Source: an uncultured virus (IMG/VR IMGVR_UViG_3300036770_002685) (Duplodnaviria; Heunggongvirae; Uroviricota; Caudoviricetes). Taken from it: a stretch of DNA of 20,000 nucleotides. Below, in pieces: positions 9,501-15,948 of the stretch (the first letter of the stretch is position 1; every line of letters starts with the position of its first letter). The notes below the pieces were generated by a model, which saw only the letters and a program-made list of their open reading frames with translations, had not been told where the DNA came from and did no database searches. The stretch is from the IMG/VR virus record IMGVR_UViG_3300036770_002685. One strand, written 5' to 3'. The translations under genes were made by a program, and so were the position numbers.

Positions 9501-9805
9501 GCGGTCAGTCAGAAGGTGAGAAGTTGATGCTCGCGCGTCAGATGCATGCCTATCTGACCGCCGCAGGCTTGAACTACGAACGGTTTACTGAACCCGGCCC
9601 AGAGCCCACGGTCCAAGCGCCACAGCCTGTGCGTAGTTTTGCACCACGTCGCCAACCCGCAACCGCCTCCACACGGGGGGTTCCGGGGTTAAATATTGGT
9701 GGCGGAGGTCCTCCTCAGTTAGGTGGTGGCGCGCCTGCGGCGGGCGGTGGATCAAGTCGCGAGATGTTGCAACGTCTTTTCCCGTTTGACGCAACGCTAC
9801 GATAG
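6545..9805 (+). CDS. Large putative internal virion / DNA ejection protein
   Basis: 1086 aa, TAATG coupling with RBS AAGGAG. N-terminal glycine-zipper hydrophobic helices and a long Ala/Arg/Leu-rich helical body. Last and largest gene of the ejection cluster. No catalytic motif recognised. Confidence 0.7.
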   Translation: MAEDTLKQQLEALSSPAGGGRASELLTGKPPPGVAVPSTGAAEGAINPVTGMPETVEALSEAGEPTVGEKATEVGYGLLEGVSRTAPSVTGGMVGFRAGTGLAPLMGPYAPLGIAGATVAGVGIGALIGNEFDIRYPGVARQDLVPYREGGKTWGDTIALAPIAFNIPVTQAQRVSEAIRILEPTAAKFGMEGAARASRFLTDVTAAMGRTAQAYPKSFLAAEAISGAGAGVGGGMAEAYAPGEPGTRLASEIVGGVLAPSRLFIHMGSAKDLMGNIAASFSKDARQSRAANKLRSILEDAGEDVDKVIRSLEANVPRGAQPTAGQKTGVRALSILENTLARENAKYGGEIADQGLKTLQAYTLLAKNLEQVGSPQALRAAAQLREEAFNAMLENRQSVALLNAAQKIQRISKDTPEARQQIGEIVRQATQDALSDARGHERTLWTRAVADLSRPTTQTVTERVQVGKMVDEAGRPLMRTREVTRVTLPSVVPTNTVRDFLNETLTIADSVYKGTVPPLVKKVMGQMGVTEADVARYKLGRQTEEFANTGIVPDRFLPKGRDVQLGELVNMRSNLLDLARDAAVKGENADARFFGNIANSMMKDLDQVKSPALDEARSFSRTLNDYFTRSFAGEMLSKKGTGALAYPPEVLVQRAFGANNDLAAMRMADIEDAVGMLRKEYTDAVARFGRDSAEALSLKPLADLSSSRVVSIRDAQQRILRLAAAETIDPNTGRVSATRLSRFIEKRRPLLDRLQITDDLSDAVKAENAFKATASANSVLDKSLRNQTAFAQVLKRESPSMAIADALNSKFPVRSLSNIVKLAKAGGPDAAAGLKSSLYDYAFTKAGGDRGFNAQAFKDAFFSPIAQGQPSIYNILRSQGVMTLSEGKNLRRIIDPMIRVEQSLGDRQLMEGVMQGADAATELALRVVGSRIGTSVSGSGPGSLIAASAGSKYMRQIFDKSPMLLVRGIIEEATKDPQMMALLLRRGQSEGEKLMLARQMHAYLTAAGLNYERFTEPGPEPTVQAPQPVRSFAPRRQPATASTRGVPGLNIGGGGPPQLGGGAPAAGGGSSREMLQRLFPFDATLR

Positions 9806-9813
9806 GAGTGCTC

Positions 9814-10002
9814 ATGGCAACCAAACCGACGAAGTCGAAGGTGAATCAGGCGGGCAACTACACAAAGCCCTCTTTGCGTAAGCGCCTGTTCGAACAAATC
9901 AAAGGATCAAACGTGCAGGGCACTGCAGCGGGCCAATGGTCCGCGCGCAAGGCCCAGCTTCTGGCAAAGAAATATAAGGAAGCGGGTGGGAGCTATAAAT
10001 GA
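9814..10002 (+). CDS. Small basic hypothetical protein (YTKP...GQWSARKAQ motif)
   Basis: AGGAG 9804-9808 lies 5 nt before ATG 9814, a better start than GTG 9808. 62 aa, Lys-rich, NYTKPSLRKRLF...GQWSARKAQLLAKKYKEAGGSY. Confidence 0.75.
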   Translation: MATKPTKSKVNQAGNYTKPSLRKRLFEQIKGSNVQGTAAGQWSARKAQLLAKKYKEAGGSYK

Positions 10003-10232
10003 AAAAGCCACAGCTAAGTCTGAAGGCTTGGGGTAAACAACGTTGGAAAACCAAGAGCGGCAAACCCTCGTCGATTACCGGCGAGCGTTATCTGCCGGAG
10101 AAGGCGATCAAAGCATTGACTCCCGCAGAGTACGCAGCTACAACGAAGGCAAAGCGAGCAGGCAAGAAAGCTGGCAAGCAATTCGTCGCGCAGCCAAAAC
10201 GCATTGCCGCCAAGACCGCCCGGTTTAGGTAA
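9999..10232 (+). CDS. Small basic hypothetical protein (WxKQxW...GERYLP motif)
   Basis: 77 aa, ATGA-coupled to the previous ORF, very Lys/Arg-rich: SLKAWGKQRWKTKSGK...GERYLPEKAIKAL. Confidence 0.75.
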   Translation: MKKPQLSLKAWGKQRWKTKSGKPSSITGERYLPEKAIKALTPAEYAATTKAKRAGKKAGKQFVAQPKRIAAKTARFR

Positions 10233-10911
10233 GCGTCGCCAAGAACTTTTCTAGCCGCGCCATCCACTCTTCTTTCTGACGCTCGAAGTCACGGCCCGTG
10301 GTCGTGAATTCCTGCGTCGATCCATCCTGTACTGCGACTAACACCACGCCGAAGTTGATGTTCGTGCCGTGCAGGATGTCGTGCGCCATCGCGTAGGCCG
10401 ACAACTGATGGAAGTAGTCCGTGATCCATTCATATCGCTTGGGCTTCAAGCTCTGTTTGAAGTCCACGATGGCTGGTTTCCCACGGAACACGCCCACCAA
10501 GTCAGTCGTCCCCGCGTACTTGCCGGGGTAGTACAGCGGCACCTCGGAGCCCCATACCTCGTCCAGCGCGTCGAAGTGATCATGGATCAAGCGATAGCCC
10601 ATCTTATAGCCCCGCACCTGCAACCAATCCTCCGCCGGGGGCAGCGCACTTCCCTCTAGGAATCTTTCAATGGCGAAATGCATAGCGGTCCCGACATGAG
10701 CGGCTTCTGTCTTGATTCGCTCCGCTTCTGCCGCCCCTACTCGCGCCACCCACGCGTCCAGCGTCGCTTTGTTTTTCGTCTTGTCAAGAATGGCGGTCAC
10801 GCTGTGCACCGGCACGTCATCGCCCCGGCGATAAGTGCGTCCTTGCGGCGAATCGATACGTTCTAGCCGCTCGTAGGTGTACAGATTCTTGACGGGTATC
10901 AAATTAGCCAT
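10225..10911 (-). CDS. PD-(D/E)xK family exonuclease (lambda-exo/RecB-like fold)
   Basis: 228 aa with SVTAIL, GTAMH, E(VPL), YAGTTDLVG, IVDFK and QLSAY: the canonical motif series of phage PD-(D/E)xK nucleases. Confidence 0.88.
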   Translation of the reverse strand: MANLIPVKNLYTYERLERIDSPQGRTYRRGDDVPVHSVTAILDKTKNKATLDAWVARVGAAEAERIKTEAAHVGTAMHFAIERFLEGSALPPAEDWLQVRGYKMGYRLIHDHFDALDEVWGSEVPLYYPGKYAGTTDLVGVFRGKPAIVDFKQSLKPKRYEWITDYFHQLSAYAMAHDILHGTNINFGVVLVAVQDGSTQEFTTTGRDFERQKEEWMARLEKFLATLT

Positions 10912-12350
10912 GCTTTGAGCTCCTCTCCCATGACTTGGGTGGCAATATTAATCTTGTCGCGCAGGGATTTAACGATCTTCTCGTCCACCGTGCCGGGGCA
11001 GATCAGGTCGATGTAGGTCACGTTCTTGGTCTGGCCGATCCGGTGCGCCCGGTCTTCTGACTGGAGCCGCTTCTCAAGGTCAAAGGAATTGCTGTAGTAC
11101 ACCACCAGATTTGCCGCCGTTAAGGTCAGGCCGTAGCCGCCGGTGGTCGGGTTGCCGATGAAGAACCGCAGTGGGCTGTTCGGGTCTTGGAATTCGTTGA
11201 CGATCTCCTGCCGCTTGTCGGTCTCCGTCTCCCCGTAGTACGCCGCCGCCGAGTTCATCCCGTAGACCGAGGACAGGGCCAGCTTGATCGCCTCAATGTC
11301 ATGCCGATAGTTGGCCCAGATGATCATCTTGCCGTCGGACTCCTCGACAATACTCAAGAGCTCCTTGATCCGGTTGTTTGGCAACTCCAACACGTCCCCG
11401 TTATCCAGCTTCACGTGCCCGCAGACGATCTGATGCAGTCGCATAATCTGCGTCAAGGCGTTCACCGTGGACACATCCCCCTCTTTGAACATCGCCAACG
11501 CCATCAGCCGCATCTCTTTGTACGCCTTGGCCTGCTCTTCAGTTAAGTCCACCTCGCGCTTGGTGTACAGCTTGTCCGGTAGGTCCAAGCACTCTTCCTT
11601 CGTCACGCGAAAGCTAAAGCGGTCAAGCTTCTCCCGTAGCTCCTCCAAATGCCGAAAGCCCAGAATCTGCTTGAAGCTATGCGTTGCCAGATGCCGCTCC
11701 TGCATCACCGCATAGCGCGCCTGAAACGTGTAGAAACTGTCATGCCCCAAGCATCGCGGATCAAGGAACACGCACTGCTGGAATAGGTCCAACGGATTCT
11801 TCGTCACCGGAGAGCCGGTCATGATGCGCTTGAACTTGGCCTGCTTGCCAATCTTCGTCGCATTCTTTGCCCGTGCCGCCGTATGCGTTTTGATCGTGGT
11901 CGATTCATCGATCGCCATGAACGCCTCATGTGCAAGTAAGTACCTACTTGCGAATCTGACCCCTTTCTCAGTGGAAAGGGCCTCAACGTTCATGATCAAA
12001 ATCTTGAAGTCTTCGGTGATCTCGAACAAGTTTTCTAGGGCTTGGCTTTCTGCTTTCTTGGGGGAGGCACTCCATAACACCGTTCGGTAAACCACATGAT
12101 CCGGCATGTGTTTGGGTATCTCAGTGTCCATCCAGTTCCGATAAACCCCCTTCGGTGCGATGATCAACGCGGCATTAATCTGCCCTTGGTCATACAACAT
12201 TGCCATGTTGTTGATCAACATGAAAGACTTGCCCGTGCCCATCTCGGAAAAGAGAGCGGCCACTCGCTTCTCCCAAAAGCGTGTCAAATACGCCTCTTGA
12301 TGCAAGAAGGGCTTGTTCTTATAAGGATACCGCTGCAAAAATTCGTCCAT
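10899..12350 (-). CDS. SNF2-family (SF2) helicase/ATPase
   Basis: Motif I EMGTGKS, motif II DEST, III TGSP, V GGYGLTL, VI QSEDRAHRIGQ. True start is probably ATG at 12350 (MDEFLQRY..., 483 aa), preceded by AGAAAGGAGAA on the minus strand, not 12572 as in the ORF track. Confidence 0.92.
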   Translation of the reverse strand: MDEFLQRYPYKNKPFLHQEAYLTRFWEKRVAALFSEMGTGKSFMLINNMAMLYDQGQINAALIIAPKGVYRNWMDTEIPKHMPDHVVYRTVLWSASPKKAESQALENLFEITEDFKILIMNVEALSTEKGVRFASRYLLAHEAFMAIDESTTIKTHTAARAKNATKIGKQAKFKRIMTGSPVTKNPLDLFQQCVFLDPRCLGHDSFYTFQARYAVMQERHLATHSFKQILGFRHLEELREKLDRFSFRVTKEECLDLPDKLYTKREVDLTEEQAKAYKEMRLMALAMFKEGDVSTVNALTQIMRLHQIVCGHVKLDNGDVLELPNNRIKELLSIVEESDGKMIIWANYRHDIEAIKLALSSVYGMNSAAAYYGETETDKRQEIVNEFQDPNSPLRFFIGNPTTGGYGLTLTAANLVVYYSNSFDLEKRLQSEDRAHRIGQTKNVTYIDLICPGTVDEKIVKSLRDKINIATQVMGEELKAWLI

Positions 12351-12374
12351 CAAAATTCTCCTTTCTAAAGGGAC

Positions 12375-12404
12375 TTGCAAATTCCCGAAAGCCAAGTATA
12401 TACT
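12375..12404 (+). promoter_or_regulatory. Sigma70-type promoter of the replication operon in the divergent intergenic region
   Basis: TTGCAA (12375-12380), 18 nt, TATACT (12399-12404). It sits between the divergent starts at 12350 (-) and 12435 (+). Confidence 0.6.
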
Positions 12405-12434
12405 CAAACCTCGAACACAGAAAGGAGAAATGAA

Positions 12435-12788
12435 GTGCCAACAGTTTATGCTGTTTCCGAAACCGCACAGCACAACATATCGTCTGCGCTTGACTTCGGA
12501 GAAATCGTTACGATCTTGCCTCCGAACGCACAGGTTGCTTTCTCTGTTGCGCCTACGGTACGCAGGGCGCATCGGGTGCTTGAAACCTTTTCGGATGACG
12601 ATTATCTTTTATTCATTGGCGATCCCACCGCCATGTCTATCGTCGCAGTCGTTGCAGCACAACGCAACAACGGACGCTTTAAATGCTTGAAGTGGGACAA
12701 GCGGGAGAGGCGATACATACCGATCCAAATTGATTTTAATAATGCATTCAAGAAAGGAGAAATAAATGAGTTTGACGAACATCTTTGA
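12435..12788 (+). CDS. Conserved phage hypothetical protein (alpha/beta)
   Basis: GTG start at 12435 after AGAAAGGAG, giving 117 aa MPTVYAVSE...DYLLFIGDP...LKWDKRERRY. First gene of the rightward operon. Confidence 0.7.
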   Translation: MPTVYAVSETAQHNISSALDFGEIVTILPPNAQVAFSVAPTVRRAHRVLETFSDDDYLLFIGDPTAMSIVAVVAAQRNNGRFKCLKWDKRERRYIPIQIDFNNAFKKGEINEFDEHL

Positions 12789-13317
12789 ACAGGACGCAGC
12801 TGCACTGCAAGTCGCAGACAATGATCTGCAAGGTCTTGCACAAATGGCGCGTCGTGCTAAATCTCTTGAGAAAGAGATCGAGGATTACGAGACAGAACTC
12901 AAGCAGCGCAAAGAGCAGCATCGCAAGCTGACTGAGGAAGCCATCCCAGAGGCGCTAACATCGTTGGGCCTTCGTAGCTTCAAGATGGAAGACGGTTCAT
13001 CGATCGAGGTCAAGGCGTTCTACAGTGCGTCAATCACTGAAGCGCGTCGTGCAGAAGCATTCCAATGGCTGCGCGAGAACGGCTACGACGACATTATCAA
13101 GAACACTGTGTCGGTGCGTTTCGGACGCAACGAATCAGGGTTGGCAGACAAAGCAATCGATATGCTGCGCAACGCAGGTTTCCCTGTGGAGCAAGCAGAA
13201 AAGGTTGAGCCCATGACTCTTAAAGCATGGGTCAAGGAACAGGTGGAGAAGGGTCGCGAGTTTCCATCTGAGTTGTTCGGCGCTTACATAGGCCAACGCG
13301 CGACAATCAAATCTTAA
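12766..13317 (+). CDS. Conserved phage replication-module protein with N-terminal coiled coil
   Basis: 183 aa with a strong RBS (AGAAAGGAG 12751-12759). Coiled coil, then IPEAL...AFQWLRENGYDDIIK...TLKAWVKE. Sits directly upstream of the SSB-like gene; function not determinable from the sequence. Confidence 0.75.
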   Translation: MSLTNIFEQDAAALQVADNDLQGLAQMARRAKSLEKEIEDYETELKQRKEQHRKLTEEAIPEALTSLGLRSFKMEDGSSIEVKAFYSASITEARRAEAFQWLRENGYDDIIKNTVSVRFGRNESGLADKAIDMLRNAGFPVEQAEKVEPMTLKAWVKEQVEKGREFPSELFGAYIGQRATIKS

Positions 13318-13344
13318 TGACTAACGAAATAAGGAGCATTAATA

Positions 13345-14115
13345 ATGGGTAAAGCAGAAGTCGCAGAAGTCAAGACCACCGCTATCACAGTCTTAACGAA
13401 CCGTTTTGAAGAGGATGCGCAGTCCGGTTTCGCTGGCATGAATCAGGATGACTTTGCTCTTCCGTTTCTCCGGCTACTGACTAACACTTCGCCAGAGGTT
13501 GGTTCTGTAGACGGCGCAATGCCGGGTATGATCTATAACAGCGTTACAGGGGAACTCTTTGATGGCAAGAAGGGTATTCTGGTTGTCCCCTGTGCCTATG
13601 TACGTCAGTACATTGAGTGGGCACCGCGTGGCAGCGGCTCTGGCGCACCTATAGCGTATTACCCCAGTACTAGCGACATCCTCTCCAAAACGCATCGCGT
13701 CCCCGGAGAGAACAAAGACTATCTCGATAACGGCAACTACATCGAGAACACCGCCAATCACTATGTCATGGTGATCGACGCAGCGGGCGTCCCCCATCCT
13801 GCACTGATCGTCATGAAGTCCACGCAACTGAAGAAGTCGCGCAAGTGGAACACGATGATGCAGAGCGTGAAGCTGATGGGCAGAAACGGTCTTTATACAC
13901 CCCCGATGTACTCTCAGACTTATCGTCTGTCCACTGTCAAGGAAAGCAATGACAAGGGCCAATGGTTTGGCTGGGAAGTAGAACACAACAGCAGCATTGA
14001 AGACGAGAACTTGTATCTCACTGCGAAGGCCTTCGCTGATTCGATCAACGCAGGTGATGTAAAGGTTACTCATAGCGACGACCAAGCTGCTCCAGCAGGC
14101 GCTGCTCCTTTCTAA
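13345..14115 (+). CDS. Putative single-stranded DNA-binding / annealing protein
   Basis: 256 aa, RBS AAGGAG. Beta-rich with aromatic strands (YIEW, WFGWEV) and a flexible tail ending DDQAAPAGAAPF, like SSB C-termini. Located upstream of primase and followed by a terminator. Confidence 0.6.
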   Translation: MGKAEVAEVKTTAITVLTNRFEEDAQSGFAGMNQDDFALPFLRLLTNTSPEVGSVDGAMPGMIYNSVTGELFDGKKGILVVPCAYVRQYIEWAPRGSGSGAPIAYYPSTSDILSKTHRVPGENKDYLDNGNYIENTANHYVMVIDAAGVPHPALIVMKSTQLKKSRKWNTMMQSVKLMGRNGLYTPPMYSQTYRLSTVKESNDKGQWFGWEVEHNSSIEDENLYLTAKAFADSINAGDVKVTHSDDQAAPAGAAPF

Positions 14116-14121
14116 TTACTT

Positions 14122-14156
14122 GAGCCCGAACCCGTAGGTAGTAGGGCTCTTTTTTT
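14122..14156 (+). terminator. Rho-independent terminator
   Basis: GAGCCC 14122-14127 / GGGCTC 14144-14149 stem followed by T7 (14150-14156), just after the stop at 14115. Confidence 0.75.
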
Positions 14157-14173
14157 CTCTTTAGAAAGCAGAA

Positions 14174-15703
14174 ATGACTGATATCGCCAAATTCAAGTCA
14201 ATATTTGAGGGGTCAAATATTGCCTATGGAACCTACAAAATAGAGCGAGAGGCAGGGAATGGCAAACAACAAGGTAAGGCCGTCGTTGTACGAAACCCGC
14301 CCACCGATGACCTTTGGGAACGCCATCTACGTGGGCACGAGCCTTCTCTTGGCATTATTCCTATTCGTCCTGACAATACTTGTATATGGGGTTGCATTGA
14401 TATTGATCAGTACCCACTGGACCATAAAGGTCTGGTGGAAAAAATTCGTCGGTTAAAGCTTCCGCTGGTTGTCTGCCGCAGCAAGTCGGGCGGCGCGCAT
14501 GTGTTCCTGTTTACAAAAGAACCCATCAGTGCTGCAGAGATGCAGCGTTACCTCAATACGTGTGCAAGCATACTGGGAGAAAGTGGTCGTGAGATTTTTC
14601 CGAAACAAACTGAAGTCCTTGTTGAGCGCGGTGACACGGGTAACTTCCTTAACCTTCCGTATTTCGGGGGCGATGAAACCCTGCGTTACGCGATCAATGA
14701 TGCTGGCGAGGCTGCCAGTCTTAGTGAGTTCTTCGGGCTTTACGAACAGCATGTACAGTCAGTGCCGCTCGTTCATCCGGAAGAGGAAAAGAAAAATGCG
14801 GACGCGCCCATCAAAGACGGGCCGCCGTGTTTGCAAACGTTATGCAATCAAGGATTTCCGGAAGGCACTCGCAACAACGGCCTATTTAACATCGCGATCT
14901 ACCTCAAGAAGTCCATCCCGAATAACTGGGAAGACAAGCTGATGGAGTACAACCAAAAGTTCATGGGCCCACCGCTCCCCTTAAATGAACTCTTGGTGAT
15001 CACAAAGCAAATCCAAAAGAAGGACTATAAGTACAAGTGCAAGGACGCACCCTTAAACTCCTTCTGCAATTCGGGCCTATGCCGCACCCGCCGACATGGC
15101 ATCGGTGCTGACGGCCCTGACTCCCCTAAGGTGTCAAGCCTGACCAAGTACAACTCTGAGCCGCCGTTGTGGTTCTTGGATGTCAACGGCAGGCGTATTG
15201 AACTAGACACTGATCAGTTGTTCAATCAAGCCGCGTTCCAAAAGGCTTGCGTTGAACGTTTAAACGTCCTACCTCCGACACTACGCCGTCAGGATTGGGA
15301 AGGTTTCTTGAACGGCCTTCTCCGCGAGATGGTCGAGCTCGAACAAATCCAAGATGCACCTGAAGACACCAGTCAATCGGGCCGCTTCCAAGAGTTATTG
15401 GAAGAGTTCACCACGCACCTGCAACAAGCGATGGATCGCGAAGAGATTCTGATGGGCCGTCCTTGGACGGACGAAGAGGAGTCTCGCGTTTACTTTCGCA
15501 TGAAGGACCTCGAATCACACTTAAAGCGCAGCGCGTTTAACGGCATGACCGCTCCACGCATGGCACAAAAGATTCGTGACCTCGGGGGCGAGCCAATTAG
15601 TTTGTTCTTGAAAGGCAGAGCAGTAAGAGCGTGGCGCGTACCACGGTTCACGCGTCAAGAGACACCGTTTGAAACACCACAACAGAAAGGAGCGCCGTTC
15701 TGA
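14174..15703 (+). CDS. Archaeo-eukaryotic primase (AEP/PrimPol) with primase C-terminal domain
   Basis: 509 aa. AEP motif I CIDID, motif II SKSGGAHVF, NLPYF, and a PriCT-like GTRNNGLFNIA. No Walker A motif seen. Confidence 0.82.
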   Translation: MTDIAKFKSIFEGSNIAYGTYKIEREAGNGKQQGKAVVVRNPPTDDLWERHLRGHEPSLGIIPIRPDNTCIWGCIDIDQYPLDHKGLVEKIRRLKLPLVVCRSKSGGAHVFLFTKEPISAAEMQRYLNTCASILGESGREIFPKQTEVLVERGDTGNFLNLPYFGGDETLRYAINDAGEAASLSEFFGLYEQHVQSVPLVHPEEEKKNADAPIKDGPPCLQTLCNQGFPEGTRNNGLFNIAIYLKKSIPNNWEDKLMEYNQKFMGPPLPLNELLVITKQIQKKDYKYKCKDAPLNSFCNSGLCRTRRHGIGADGPDSPKVSSLTKYNSEPPLWFLDVNGRRIELDTDQLFNQAAFQKACVERLNVLPPTLRRQDWEGFLNGLLREMVELEQIQDAPEDTSQSGRFQELLEEFTTHLQQAMDREEILMGRPWTDEEESRVYFRMKDLESHLKRSAFNGMTAPRMAQKIRDLGGEPISLFLKGRAVRAWRVPRFTRQETPFETPQQKGAPF

Positions 15704-15948
15704 TGGATATCCTCGAACTGCAAAAATTTAAAGCGGCTGAACTAGGCATCTGCACTACATGGCATGGCGATCAACTGGTTGAACGTTTGATCTACGACGG
15801 CCTGCACATGGTCATGATCCTAATGGACGAAGACAGCATGGGAGACCTCGAAGCGGCTGAATACATCGAACGCGAGTTCGTATTCAAGTACGCAGGCGAC
15901 ACCCAGCCCATCATCCTCTGGAAAAACTCCGACGATGAAGATTCATAA
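15703..15948 (+). CDS. Small acidic hypothetical protein
   Basis: 81 aa, TGATG coupling with AGAAAGGAG at 15684-15692; overlaps the start of the helicase gene. Confidence 0.65.
   Translation: MDILELQKFKAAELGICTTWHGDQLVERLIYDGLHMVMILMDEDSMGDLEAAEYIEREFVFKYAGDTQPIILWKNSDDEDS

Noticed and set aside
1709..9897. Many antisense and alternate-frame ORFs (e.g. 5213-5809, 4681-5235, 8479-8889) inside the ejection genes
   Set aside because: Expected in GC-rich coding DNA. They are fully nested in longer genes and show no recognisable motifs.
9991..10010. Programmed frameshift fusing the two small basic ORFs
   Set aside because: There is no canonical X XXY YYZ slippery heptamer before the TGA. An ATGA overlap is ordinary translational coupling.
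10225..10911. Cas4/CRISPR association of the nuclease
   Set aside because: The protein has no Cys cluster, and no repeat-spacer array or other cas gene is seen in the window.
12351..12572. N-terminal 74-aa extension of the SNF2 ORF and the TTG start at 12375 of the opposite ORF, as given in the ORF track
   Set aside because: Both would overlap the divergent promoter region and each other. Strong RBSs support starts at 12350 (-) and 12435 (+).
12430..12690. 86-aa ORF starting at ATG 12430 right after the RBS
   Set aside because: The SD-to-ATG spacing is only about 2 nt, whereas GTG 12435 has normal spacing and gives a more protein-like sequence coupled to the next gene.
13474..14085. 203-aa antisense ORF opposite the SSB-like gene
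   Set aside because: It is a fully nested antisense shadow with no recognisable motif.
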